A stretch of 46,966 bases of DNA from Christensenellales bacterium. GTDB lineage: Bacteria > Bacillota > Clostridia > Christensenellales > UBA1750. A model generated the notes under the pieces. That model was not told where the DNA came from. It did no database searches and worked only from the letters and a program-made list of their open reading frames with translations. Numbering within the stretch: the first letter of the stretch is position 1; every line of letters starts with the position of its first letter. The position numbers and the translations under genes are program-made. The DNA is taken from contig JBNRMR010000091.1 of NCBI GenBank assembly GCA_050309705.1, forward strand, positions 1 through 46,966, read 5' to 3'. Positions 1-9,610 of the stretch are shown here, piece by piece.

Positions 1-143
1 CTCTCCTTATGCTGTGAGATTTATTCGTACCTGCGCCGCGCCCGCCCACCCCCGATCAAAACCCCGGCGGATTCCCATCCACCAGCCTTTTGATCTCCCT
101 AATGGGCATCCAGCAGGCAAGCATCGCTTCATTTTGCGAAGTA

Positions 144-1340
144 TCAGCCCTTATATTCTCCGATGACCTTCGCCAGGGCCTCCATCCCCTGTTCAATTTT
201 CTCCAAAGATGCGTTGGAGAAATTGAGCCTCATTGTGTTTTTATGGCCGCCGCTGCAGTAGAAATGCGTGCCAGCCACATATGCCACATTGTGCTTAACC
301 GCCTCAAGAAGCAGCTTGCTCGCGTCAATTTCCTCCGGCAGTTCCAGCCATATGAACAGGCCGCCCTCCGGCTTCACGCATTTGACGCCCTTTGGGAAAA
401 GGCTGAGCATATCCAGCATCTTGTTCATCTGCGCTCTATAGCTTGTGATCGACTCGTCCAGATGCTCCTGCAGCTTGCCGCTTCTAATATATGCATCTGC
501 TATTGCCTGGCTCAGGTTCGATGTGTGAACGTCCACCGCCTGTTTGCAGATGGTCAGCTTACGCAGGAAGCCCGGCTTGGCGAAGACCGCGCCAACTCGA
601 ATGCCCGGGGAAATAGTCTTTGAAACGCTGTAAAGGTATATCACATAGCCGCTTTCATCGAATGAGCGGATGGCCGGGAGAGGCTCTCCTGCATATCTCA
701 GGTCACGGTAAGGGTCATCCTCAAGCACCAAAGTCTTGTATTTCGCGGCAATTTCAGCGATCTTTTTCCTTCTATCAACGGGCAGAGTCTTCCCTGTGGG
801 GTTTTGGAACGTGGGAATGATGTATACAAACTTTGGCGAAAGCGTTTTAATCTGTTCCTCCAGATCCTCGGGGATGACGCCAAAATCGTCGGTCTTAACA
901 GGCCTTATGTCCGCCTGATAGGTCTTCATGGTGTGCAGTGCGCCAAGGAATGTCGGCTCCTCCACCAGCACCACGTCCCCGGGGTCAATCATCGCCTTGC
1001 AGATAAGGTCCAGCCCCTGCAAGGAGCCGGTGACCGGCAATATCTCGCTTTCGGGGGCGTTTATTCCCGCGGCCTTAACATGCTGGGAAAGGCTCTGGCG
1101 AAGAGGTGCATAGCCCTCTGTGGGGCCGTATTGCAGTATGGTCTTGCCCTCTTTCATCAGAAGATCATAGGTGAGCTGGGCAATAAATTCGTTTCTAAGG
1201 GCATAGCCGGCAGGGTTTCCACCCGCAAATGAGATTATCTCCGGTCGCGTCAGAAGCTTGAATATATCCCTGATGGCATTACCCGAAAGACTCTCCATCC
1301 TCTTGGCATACCTAAGCTCCATGTTTTCCATATCCTTCAT
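144..1340 (-). CDS. PLP-dependent aminotransferase, class I/II (MocR/ARO8/LysN-like), probably an aromatic amino-acid transaminase
   Basis: ISFAGGNP, LQYGPTEG, PTFQNPTG, EDDPY and SVSKTISPGIRVG (PLP lysine) motifs. Start set at the ATG at 1340, downstream of AGGAGG. Substrate is inferred from the Tyr T-box. Confidence 0.85.
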   Translation of the reverse strand: MKDMENMELRYAKRMESLSGNAIRDIFKLLTRPEIISFAGGNPAGYALRNEFIAQLTYDLLMKEGKTILQYGPTEGYAPLRQSLSQHVKAAGINAPESEILPVTGSLQGLDLICKAMIDPGDVVLVEEPTFLGALHTMKTYQADIRPVKTDDFGVIPEDLEEQIKTLSPKFVYIIPTFQNPTGKTLPVDRRKKIAEIAAKYKTLVLEDDPYRDLRYAGEPLPAIRSFDESGYVIYLYSVSKTISPGIRVGAVFAKPGFLRKLTICKQAVDVHTSNLSQAIADAYIRSGKLQEHLDESITSYRAQMNKMLDMLSLFPKGVKCVKPEGGLFIWLELPEEIDASKLLLEAVKHNVAYVAGTHFYCSGGHKNTMRLNFSNASLEKIEQGMEALAKVIGEYKG

Positions 1341-1371
1341 TATGACCTCCTGAATCATAGAAATTTTGAAA

Positions 1372-1632
1372 ATAAAAAAACCGCCTATAATGTTATAGAA
1401 GGCGATTTGGCCGCGTTACCACTTCAGTTCTCCAAAGGGGGCGCCTTGGCCGCGTTTTGGAATCTCTTGCCGCTATATCGGGCGGAACCGTCAGCCTCTA
1501 CTGGAGGCAGGGCCTCTTTCAAAACTGCCGCTCCGGGATGTACTTCATGAAGAAACGCCCCCCGCTTGCACCTTCCGCGGGCTCTCTTTGCGCGTCTTTC
1601 CCCACTAATCTTCCCATCTCTGCGTTTTTATT
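1372..1632 (-). promoter_or_regulatory. T-box riboswitch, Tyr specifier (UAC)
   Basis: Minus strand carries AGAGA and GGUG stem-I motifs, specifier region GAAG-UAC-A (codon at 1540-1542), T-box AACUGAAGUGGUAACGCG (1412-1429), then a terminator hairpin and U-run (1374-1404). Confidence 0.88.
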
Positions 1633-1638
1633 GCACCT

Positions 1639-1667
1639 ATTATAACCCCGGCTTCACCAAAAGTCAA
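1639..1667 (-). promoter_or_regulatory. sigmaA-type promoter for the T-box leader
   Basis: TTGACT-17 bp-TATAAT on the minus strand. Confidence 0.75.
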
Positions 1668-1799
1668 CACCGCGTTATTGGGCGATATGGTCTGAAAAAA
1701 TTAAACAATTGTAAATTATCTGCTCAGGCTCTTCCATTTTCGTCAAAGATATGGTATAAATAATGTTGGCTGCTTTCAGCCGAATATGGAAGGAATGAT

Positions 1800-2849
1800 A
1801 TGCATATGAACAAAAGAAATATGATCATTGCGGCGGTGCTGTGCATGGCTGCATTGTTTGCTGGTTGCTCTGGCAAAATCAATCCCGGTAATCATATAAC
1901 CCTGGGCCAATACAAGGGCGTTGAAGTGACGGCTATGTCTTTGGAAGTTACAGACGAAGAGGTTGAGTCCGAGATTCTGAGCAGGCTTGAAGACTTTGCT
2001 GAATATGAGCAAGTGACCGGAAGAAGCGTGGAAAACGGCGACATCGTCAACATCGACTTCTCCGGCTACATACAGGGCGAAACTGAGCCTTTCGAGGGCG
2101 GGACCGCCGAGGGCTATGACCTTACCATAGGCTCGAATAGCTTCATTCCCGGCTTCGAGGAGCAGATCGTCGGCATGGCAATCGGCGAGGAAAAGCCCAT
2201 CGAGGTCACCTTCCCCGAGGATTATCACGAACCAAGCATGGCTGGCGCTTCGACCAGGTTTGACATAAAGGTCAACTCCATACAGGTGAAGATCTACCCC
2301 GAAGTGACCGATGCTTTCGCCAAGGAAAGTCTTTCCGCCGCCAGTGCGGCTGCATTTGAGGCTGGAATCCGCGACGAGCTGAGCGCCGCAAAAGCCGTCC
2401 AGCAGGCGGACAAAATCGTTCAGGACGCATGGAGCAAGGCCCTTGATAACCTCACGGTGAAGACCCTGCCCGACAATCTTGTGAAAGAAACAAAAGAATA
2501 TCTTGATTCAATGTACAGATATCAGGCTTCGTCCTATGGGATTGAGTTTGAGCAGTTTGTGAGCATATTCACCGGCATGACTCTTGCCGAGTTTGACAGC
2601 CTCATGGAGGAATACGCTCAGGCCAGCGTTAAGGAGGAGCTGATGGCAAGGGCCATTGCCTCTGCCGAGGGCATCCAGGTGACCTCCCAGGAGATTGACG
2701 ATCTGACCTCCTATTACATGCAGGAAAACGGCTACGCCAGCTCCACCGCCTTCTATCACGATGTTATGAGCAGGGACGATGTTGAGATGCAGCTGATATA
2801 CGAAAAAGCAGTAAACTTCGTATCTGAAAACTCAGTTGTGATCTACTGA
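1800..2849 (+). CDS. Trigger-factor-like FKBP peptidyl-prolyl isomerase, predicted lipoprotein, lacking the ribosome-binding N-domain
   Basis: Signal peptide with lipobox LFAG-C, LGQYKGVEV, FKBP domain (FEGGTAEGYDLTIGSNSFIPGFEEQIVG, VTFPEDY) and a TF C-terminal helical region. No GFRxGxxP motif. Confidence 0.8.
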   Translation: MHMNKRNMIIAAVLCMAALFAGCSGKINPGNHITLGQYKGVEVTAMSLEVTDEEVESEILSRLEDFAEYEQVTGRSVENGDIVNIDFSGYIQGETEPFEGGTAEGYDLTIGSNSFIPGFEEQIVGMAIGEEKPIEVTFPEDYHEPSMAGASTRFDIKVNSIQVKIYPEVTDAFAKESLSAASAAAFEAGIRDELSAAKAVQQADKIVQDAWSKALDNLTVKTLPDNLVKETKEYLDSMYRYQASSYGIEFEQFVSIFTGMTLAEFDSLMEEYAQASVKEELMARAIASAEGIQVTSQEIDDLTSYYMQENGYASSTAFYHDVMSRDDVEMQLIYEKAVNFVSENSVVIY

Positions 2850-2865
2850 TTGATTGCAAAAAATT

Positions 2866-2895
2866 AAAACGCCGGTTTTCCGGCGTTTTCTGTTT
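2866..2895. terminator. Bidirectional intrinsic terminator
   Basis: AAAACGCCGG-tttt-CCGGCGTTTT between convergent genes. Confidence 0.75.
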
Positions 2896-3153
2896 TCATC
2901 TTGCAAGCTTGCGCAAAAAGCCTACCACCGCAATGAGTATGATTGACCCTATCACCGCGATAAAAAGGCTGGGAAGATTGAAGCCGATGGCAATATCAAA
3001 GCCCAGCTTGCCAGCTATCCATCCGCCTATAAAGGCACCCAAAACGCCCACGACTATATTCAAAACGATCCCCATTTTGCGGTCCTTGCCCATGATCTTG
3101 CTGGCGATCCATCCCGCCAATCCTCCCAGCAACGCCCAAAGAACAAAGTTCAT
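2896..3153 (-). CDS. GlsB/YeaQ/YmgE (transglycosylase-associated) membrane protein
   Basis: 85 aa with GGLAGWIASKIM, NIVVGVLGAFIGG and AVIGSIILI; good RBS. Confidence 0.88.
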   Translation of the reverse strand: MNFVLWALLGGLAGWIASKIMGKDRKMGIVLNIVVGVLGAFIGGWIAGKLGFDIAIGFNLPSLFIAVIGSIILIAVVGFLRKLAR

Positions 3154-3392
3154 CTGTTAAATACCCCCTTTCCTTTTTATATTCATTTTAACCCAGTCGC
3201 ATATTTTCCGCAATTCCACAATAAAATTTTGCAAGTGCATTGTTGACTGTTTGTTTGTGGACTTTTATGCACATTTGATATATAATGCATAATAGTTTTT
3301 AGTATTTCTAAAATGCGTTTAGATATTCTTTTCATAAGTCTGCTGAGTGAACTTGATGTTAATGAATTTGTGTTAACCGGAAAGGTTTTTAT

Positions 3393-4592
3393 ATGAAAAG
3401 GGGTTTTATTAAGGGGCAAACTCCCTTCTGGCTGGGAATTATTTTCGTTTTAATGTTGGCTTTGCTTTTGGCCTGTACCACAAGCGTCGAGCCAGTTCAT
3501 TATGATGCCCCCATGGTAAGCAGCGCGCTGAAGGCCGCCGACCGCGTGCCTCTGTGGTCAAGTCCTCTGCTTATAACGGCCGTTATCTCCGGCTTTTTAC
3601 TTCTGCTTGCAGCAGCAGCTTATTTTATCGCCGGAAGGAAGGCTGCCAAGCTCAAAGTCACTCAGGACGCCCCAAAGCACAGCGATGAACTCATGAGGAT
3701 AGCTCTTTCTCATCTTTCCTGCATGATGTTTGAAATTGATTATCGCACCGGAAAAGCGGATTCATGCAACTCCGTTTCCGGCGCAGATTCCCCCTGCTTC
3801 ATATCGGATGCCCTCAAAGAGAGCGGCGACTTCTCCCTGGTGGTTCACCCTTCATACCCCGAGCCTGTTGATGATGCAATAAGGCGCGCCGCCGCCGGTG
3901 AAAGCACCGTCGAATATGATCTGCGGCTTCGCACAGGAAACGATCCTGACGAATATAGCTGGTTTGAGCTGCGCATAACAAATGTATTTGACAGCGATGG
4001 CAACGCCCTAGTCGGAGTGGGCACCTTTGAGAACATAGACGCAAGAAAAAAGCGGGAGATGCACCTTTCCCGCATGGCCCTTCATGATTCTTTCACCGGC
4101 CTTTTAAACCGAACGGAAGGCGCAAGGCTTGTCAATGATTATCTGGCCGCCCCCTACAGCGAAGGCGGCACCATGATTATATTTGACATGGACAATCTAA
4201 AGGAAATTAACAACGCCTATGGCCATCCTGCCGGTGACAGGGCCATCACCCTCATGTCCGATGCCATGAAAGGGGTCTTCAGAAGCAGCGATATCATGAT
4301 GCGCATAGGCGGCGATGAATTCATCGTTTTCCTCAGGAATCTTGTGGATGACGAATTTATCGAAAAGCGCTATTCTCTTATGAAGCAAAGGCTACTGGAT
4401 CTCTATAAGGGCGCTCCGCTTCCAAAGGGCATCATTTCCTTCAGCCTGGGCTACGCCAATGTCTATCAAGGCGATACTTTTGACTGCGCCTACATCAAGG
4501 CGGACATTGCCCTTTACCATGCAAAGAGCAGCGGCAAGGGCACATATGCGGTCTATGATAAAAATATGTCTATGCAGCAACAGCATAAATAA
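3393..4592 (+). CDS. Membrane-anchored diguanylate cyclase (PAS-like + GGDEF)
   Basis: HDSFTGLLNR, FDMDNLKEINNAYGHPAGD, RIGGDEF, ADIALYHAKSSGK; two N-terminal hydrophobic segments. Confidence 0.88.
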   Translation: MKRGFIKGQTPFWLGIIFVLMLALLLACTTSVEPVHYDAPMVSSALKAADRVPLWSSPLLITAVISGFLLLLAAAAYFIAGRKAAKLKVTQDAPKHSDELMRIALSHLSCMMFEIDYRTGKADSCNSVSGADSPCFISDALKESGDFSLVVHPSYPEPVDDAIRRAAAGESTVEYDLRLRTGNDPDEYSWFELRITNVFDSDGNALVGVGTFENIDARKKREMHLSRMALHDSFTGLLNRTEGARLVNDYLAAPYSEGGTMIIFDMDNLKEINNAYGHPAGDRAITLMSDAMKGVFRSSDIMMRIGGDEFIVFLRNLVDDEFIEKRYSLMKQRLLDLYKGAPLPKGIISFSLGYANVYQGDTFDCAYIKADIALYHAKSSGKGTYAVYDKNMSMQQQHK

Positions 4593-4609
4593 AATTGCGA
4601 GGAAATAGA

Positions 4610-5485
4610 ATGAAAGCAAGCGATATCCAGATGCGCGATCCCTATGTGGTATTGCACGAGGGAAAATATTATATTATCGGTACAACCGATAAGGACGGCT
4701 GGAAGGGCCCCTTTGTTGGCTTTGACGTCTACGAAAGCAACGATTTGGAAAACTGGGACGGGCCGTTCCCAGCCTTCCGCGTACCCTCCGGTTTTTTTGC
4801 CGACAGAAACTTCTGGGCGCCTGAGATCCACCAATACAGGGGCGATTTTTATCTTTTCGCCAGCTTCAAGGCCGAAGATATCCGCCGCGGAACGGCCGTG
4901 CTGAAGTCAACAAGCGGCTCCCCCGCAGGCCCCTACACCCTTCACTCCTCAGGCAATATTACCCCGCCTCAGTGGGAAAGCCTTGACGGCACCCTTTATG
5001 TGGATGAAGGCGGCGCGCCCTGGATGGTCTTTTGCCATGAATGGGTGCAGGAAGGTGGCGGCACCATCTGCGCAATGCCCCTTTCAGATGATTTAAAAAG
5101 CGCCGCGGGCGAGGCTGTAACCCTGTTCGCCGCAAAGGATGCACCCTGGCCAAAGGAGGTCACCCACAGAAGCGGCATCAGCGGCCATGTAACCGATGGC
5201 CCTGCCATGTTCCGGCCCAAGTCTGGCGGGCTTTGGATGCTTTGGAGCAGCATGACAGTCTCCGGCTACGGCATCGGCCTTTCAATAAGCGAAAGCGGAG
5301 ACATCATGGGTCCTTGGAGGCATCAGGATAGCCCGCTTTTCAGCGCCGATGGCGGCCACGGCATGGTTTTCAGCGATAAGAGCGGACAGCTATACCTGAC
5401 CATTCACACGCCCAACAAAACGCCAAATGAAAGGCCAATATTTCTAAAGTTAAACGAAACGCCGGATGGCTTTGAGATCGCCTAA
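4610..5485 (+). CDS. Glycoside hydrolase family 43 (arabinanase/xylosidase-like)
   Basis: MRDPYV, NFWAPEIH, SLDGTLY, HVTDGP and GGHGMVF motifs. Confidence 0.88.
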   Translation: MKASDIQMRDPYVVLHEGKYYIIGTTDKDGWKGPFVGFDVYESNDLENWDGPFPAFRVPSGFFADRNFWAPEIHQYRGDFYLFASFKAEDIRRGTAVLKSTSGSPAGPYTLHSSGNITPPQWESLDGTLYVDEGGAPWMVFCHEWVQEGGGTICAMPLSDDLKSAAGEAVTLFAAKDAPWPKEVTHRSGISGHVTDGPAMFRPKSGGLWMLWSSMTVSGYGIGLSISESGDIMGPWRHQDSPLFSADGGHGMVFSDKSGQLYLTIHTPNKTPNERPIFLKLNETPDGFEIA

Positions 5486-5721
5486 AATGAAAAAATTAAT
5501 TTAAAAATCAAGGGAGGTTTTGCAGGCGTTCACCCGCAGCCTCCCTTGTTCTTTCAAAACCGCCATTATGCCGGGCAAAGCGCCCATCAAAGCATGACTC
5601 CCCCAGCGTTTTCCAGCTTTTCTCAGTTTGGTATGCTTAGTTTTCTGCACCACTGCCGCCATCATCCATACCCTTTACTGAAAAGGTCTTATTACATCAT
5701 AAACTTTATCAATTCAAACCC

Positions 5722-5750
5722 TTGACATTTGCGTCAGCATCTGTTATTCT
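5722..5750 (+). promoter_or_regulatory. tRNA promoter
   Basis: TTGACA-17 bp-TATTCT just upstream of the tRNA. Confidence 0.65.
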
Positions 5751-5766
5751 ATATAAGCTAAAGCGA

Positions 5767-5843
<77 letters not shown>

Positions 5844-6238
5844 GCGGGTAGTCCCCGCAGATACTATCGCGGATCATCCTTGGGTGGTTCGCGATATTTT
5901 TATTCTTGCGTTATCGGCTATCTTTTCTCCTTTCACATTATCTTTCTCTTTTTATGGTATACATAAATCTTTGCCCGCATTCTTCTCGGGCACAAGCCGA
6001 ATTTAAGCGTTGGCGGCAATATCGCTTAGGCCATCCCTGCCAACATCCCGTGAATATCTTTGCATTGACATCAAACCGTACAAAGAAGCTGATCTGTTTT
6101 GCAGCTTTTTGCGCTTAATTGGTTGTTTTTTCCGCTATTTTGACTAATATCCACTACCGTCATTGTAACAGTGAGCATTTCATTATATAATGAAGTCATA
6201 AAGTTTTCGCATAATATATAAAGGAAAGGTGATTTGCT

Positions 6239-7300
6239 TTGAAGAAAACAGGAATCGCCATCATTGGATGCGGCATGATCGCTGAGAGTCACGCGCTTGC
6301 CATCGCCGAAGATAGCCGTGCACAGCTAATAGCAGCGGCATACGGAACGAACAGGGAGCGCGGCGAGGCTTTCGCCCGAAAATTTGATATCCCGCTGCTG
6401 GTAGGTGACTACCGAGAGCTTCTGGGACATAAAGACATACAAATGGTATGCATCTGCACACCCAGCGGCATTCACGCCCAGAGCACGGTGGATTTTCTCA
6501 ACTCGGGCGTTCATGCGCTGGTAGAAAAGCCGCTCGATATTGAAAGCAAGGCTATAACGCGCATGATAGACGCAGCAAAGCAAGGGGGGCTACATCTCGG
6601 CTGCGTGTTTCCAAATCGAACTCGACAGGGGCTTATACGCGCTAAAAAGCTGTTGGAAAGCGGCGAACTCGGCAAAATGCACATTGTTGAGTGCCAATAC
6701 CGTGGGTTTAGGGATGTGGAGTATTTCCGTTCGTCTAAATGGAAGGGAAAGAAGGAACTTGACGGCGGCGGCTGTCTTATGAATCAGGGGATACACGCGA
6801 TAGACGCAATGCTTTGGCTCGCTGGATCGGTGGACAAGGTTTGCGCCCAGACAGGCATATTCGCACGCGATATCGATGTGGAAAATGTGGCCTCGGCTCT
6901 GCTAAGCTTCAGCAACGGCGCGCAGGGCGTCCTGCTCGGCACGACGCTTTCGTACACCCCGGAGGAGGCCCCCGAGGGTGACCGAATCCGCATCGAGTGC
7001 GAACATGGCAGCATTGTCTATGCCAACGGAAAGACCACCTATTTCAAAAACAGTACGCCCGGCAGCTTCGATGTCACCGCGATACCCCTTGACGACGACA
7101 ATACTGAGTCTGTGTCCAGCGGCGCATCGCCCGAGGCCATCGATATGCAGGCGCATTTAACTATAGTGACGAACTTCATCTCCGCGGTGCGTGAAAATGT
7201 GGAGCCAATCGCGCCGGCCGACTCAGCCCGGATGAGCGTTGACACCATCCTTGCGATCTACCACTCCGCAGAAAGCGGGCAATGGGAAGCGGTCAGATAA
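6239..7300 (+). CDS. Gfo/Idh/MocA family oxidoreductase
   Basis: IIGCGMIA, ICTPSGIH, LVEKPL and GGGCLMNQGIHAID motifs; TTG start with RBS. Confidence 0.9.
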   Translation: MKKTGIAIIGCGMIAESHALAIAEDSRAQLIAAAYGTNRERGEAFARKFDIPLLVGDYRELLGHKDIQMVCICTPSGIHAQSTVDFLNSGVHALVEKPLDIESKAITRMIDAAKQGGLHLGCVFPNRTRQGLIRAKKLLESGELGKMHIVECQYRGFRDVEYFRSSKWKGKKELDGGGCLMNQGIHAIDAMLWLAGSVDKVCAQTGIFARDIDVENVASALLSFSNGAQGVLLGTTLSYTPEEAPEGDRIRIECEHGSIVYANGKTTYFKNSTPGSFDVTAIPLDDDNTESVSSGASPEAIDMQAHLTIVTNFISAVRENVEPIAPADSARMSVDTILAIYHSAESGQWEAVR

Positions 7301-7334
7301 GGCCGCCTTCGGTTAAAACAGTTTGCCAATATTG

Positions 7335-7380
7335 ACAAGGCGCTCTTAAACCGTAACGCGGTTAAAAGGCGCTTTGTTTT
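7335..7380 (+). terminator. Intrinsic terminator
   Basis: ACAAGGCGC...AACCG/CGGTT...GCGCTTTGT followed by a T-run. Confidence 0.6.
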
Positions 7381-7632
7381 AAGACGGCTGGTATAGCCTT
7401 TCTGCTACGACATAGGTCACTTGATTATTTCGTCATGTCGAAATATAATGTTAGAAAGCGATATTGCGCTTTCAGCCATGTTGGAGCTGCCGTCAAAAAA
7501 GGAAACTATGGGTAATTCCATACTGCTCCAAAAAACAGCGGATATGAAAAGAGTATTCGCACAAACATAAACCTACTTTGTCAAGCCTTGTGCTTCTTAC
7601 TTTAATGAATACTGAAAGGAGGAGACAATGCC

Positions 7633-9088
7633 GTGGAGCTTAAAACGCCTCCGAGCGCCAAAAGACCGCCTTCCCTTGATTTCAGCCGTGTAGTTAGCAC
7701 TAAAGGATTTCGTAAAAAGAATTTCCCCTATCTTTTCATATGGGTTTTTTACTATGCGTGGGTTGTTTCATTTGCGACCTGGTGGACTGCCTCCCCCATA
7801 AAAGAAAATGTTTTCAGCATGGAGCTTCGTGGCCTTTTGCACACAGTCACCTTGGTTTCATCCGCTATATTTATATTTATTATCCGCAAGGAATGGTTTG
7901 CCAAAACAGCACGAATCGGTGCGGCAGTGTTGGTTGCCAGCATCGGCCTGTTCCTGATTGCTCCTAATCCGCAAGTGGAGTTGCTTTGCACCGTCATGAT
8001 CGGCATTGCTCTTGGCGTTGTCAATACGAGCATTTTGATGCCCGCTGTTTTCGTCCTCAACAATACGGAAAAGCTCTATGCAATCGTCGGAAGCAATGTG
8101 CTGATTGGCCTGATATCGCTTTTTAATGAGGGGAACGCCGGAAACTTTTTGCAGCACGGCAGCGGCATTCTCCTATCCTTCATCATACTGACCATAGCGC
8201 TCGGCGCCATCTTTTTCTTTAAGCAAGACAGCCTACCGGCGGATGCCGGCACACCCGGCATCAACACGCCGACATTCCGTTCAAGAATATACCTGACTTT
8301 GTTTTTTTAATTGTGTTTTTGTCATTCTCTGCAAAGGCGTTGGGAAGGGTCTGCTCAACATTGCCGCGTCCGCAACGGGCCATACGCTGCTCATTTGGCA
8401 TTATCTTGGCGGTCTTGCCGGGTGCGCGATCTATTTTGCCGGCTATGCCTTCTCCAAAAGGCCGGTTATTTGGCTGGGCAATATCACCTTCGGCTGTTTT
8501 GCGATGGCGCTTTTCTGCAGCGCGTTTTCTGCGCATATGCCAATGCTTGCCCTCGCATTTTCCATTCTTTTGGGAGTTGGCAGCACAATGGGCATGATCA
8601 ATATGTATTACATTATCGGCGTGGTGGGAAAAAAGTACAACAGTATGCGCTATGTTAGATTATCCGTTTTATTCATCGGCATATTCGGAGGGGTGTCCAG
8701 CATCGGTGTAGGCAATTTTGTACACAGCAGCAACACCTTCGAGGTATCCATGATTTCTTCCATTATTTCAGCCGCCTTGACGCTGCTGCTTATCATGCTA
8801 TCATCCGTTGTTTCGCAGACGCAGTATTACAATGATTGGGCAAAGGACTCGGAACAAACAGAAGTGGACAACGAGCAGTTGTATATGTTCTACAAATATC
8901 GCTTAAGCAAACGTGAAATTGAAGTATGCAAGCTGCTTTTGCAAGGATATGCGCTGCGCCAGATATCCGGCATTTTGTCCATCGCCTACTCCACGGTTAA
9001 CACATACTGCACCTCTGCCTATCGCAAATTGGAAATCAACAGCAGGACAGAGCTGCTGCTCATGTTCAAAGACTACAGGGCAAAATAG
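7633..9088 (+). pseudogene. Multi-TM (MFS-like) sensor fused to a C-terminal LuxR HTH, split by a frameshift in a T7 run
   Basis: ORF 7633-8310 ends in TTG-TTTTTTT-AA. Removing one T gives LFFNCVFVILCKGVGKGLLNIA..., in frame with ORF 8504-9088, which ends in LSKREIEVCKLLLQG...TVNTY...YRKLEINSRTEL. Confidence 0.8.
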
Positions 9089-9109
9089 CTAAAATCGCTG
9101 GCAGAACAT

Positions 9110-9140
9110 CGCCTCATTAGTTCTAATGAGGCGTTTTTTT
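9110..9140 (+). terminator. Hairpin with T-run (terminator, possibly also an operator)
   Basis: CGCCTCATTAG-tt-CTAATGAGGCG followed by T7. Confidence 0.65.
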
Positions 9141-9247
9141 ATGCCCTCATGCGAGTTAATGAATAGACTGCGCTGTTTTTGTGGAGCAGAATGAATATGC
9201 AGTCAGCAAGCTTCAGTCGAACTCTTGGATGTATTGGAGGTTACAGG

Positions 9248-9610
9248 ATGTCTCTGCTTGACAAGTTTATAAAAATGCTGATTCCAAAAGACAGGCAAAA
9301 AACAAAGGAAAGTCCGACAGAAAAACTGGATCCCGGCATTCAGGAGACACAAGCTATCGGTTGGAAACAGGCAAGCGCGCCCCAAAGCGACAAACAGGAG
9401 CGGGTTGCCACGCTAACACCGCGCGAGCATGATCTTTACCTGCTGCTGGAAGGTTTTACTCTAAAAGAGTCCGCAGAGCACCTCGGTGTCAAATACTCAA
9501 CGGCGAATACTCATATGACAGGCGTTTACAGAAAGTTAGGCGTTAAGTCTAGGGCGGAGCTGATAATCAATTACCGAGATATCAGTGGCAGAAATACTTT
9601 TTTCCCATGA
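9248..9610 (+). CDS. Stand-alone LuxR/GerE-type HTH regulator
   Basis: LTPRE...GFTLKESAEHLGVKYSTANTHMTGVYRKLGVKSRAEL; GGAGG RBS before the ATG at 9248. Confidence 0.8.
   Translation: MSLLDKFIKMLIPKDRQKTKESPTEKLDPGIQETQAIGWKQASAPQSDKQERVATLTPREHDLYLLLEGFTLKESAEHLGVKYSTANTHMTGVYRKLGVKSRAELIINYRDISGRNTFFP

Noticed and set aside
5499-5680. Small minus-strand ORF between the GH43 gene and tRNA-fMet
   Set aside because: It runs through the GH43 terminator hairpin and has no supporting motif.
7450-7615. Riboswitch (for example c-di-GMP) upstream of the membrane-LuxR gene
   Set aside because: Some hairpins are present (TTGGAGC/GCTCCAA), but no consensus motifs I can match.
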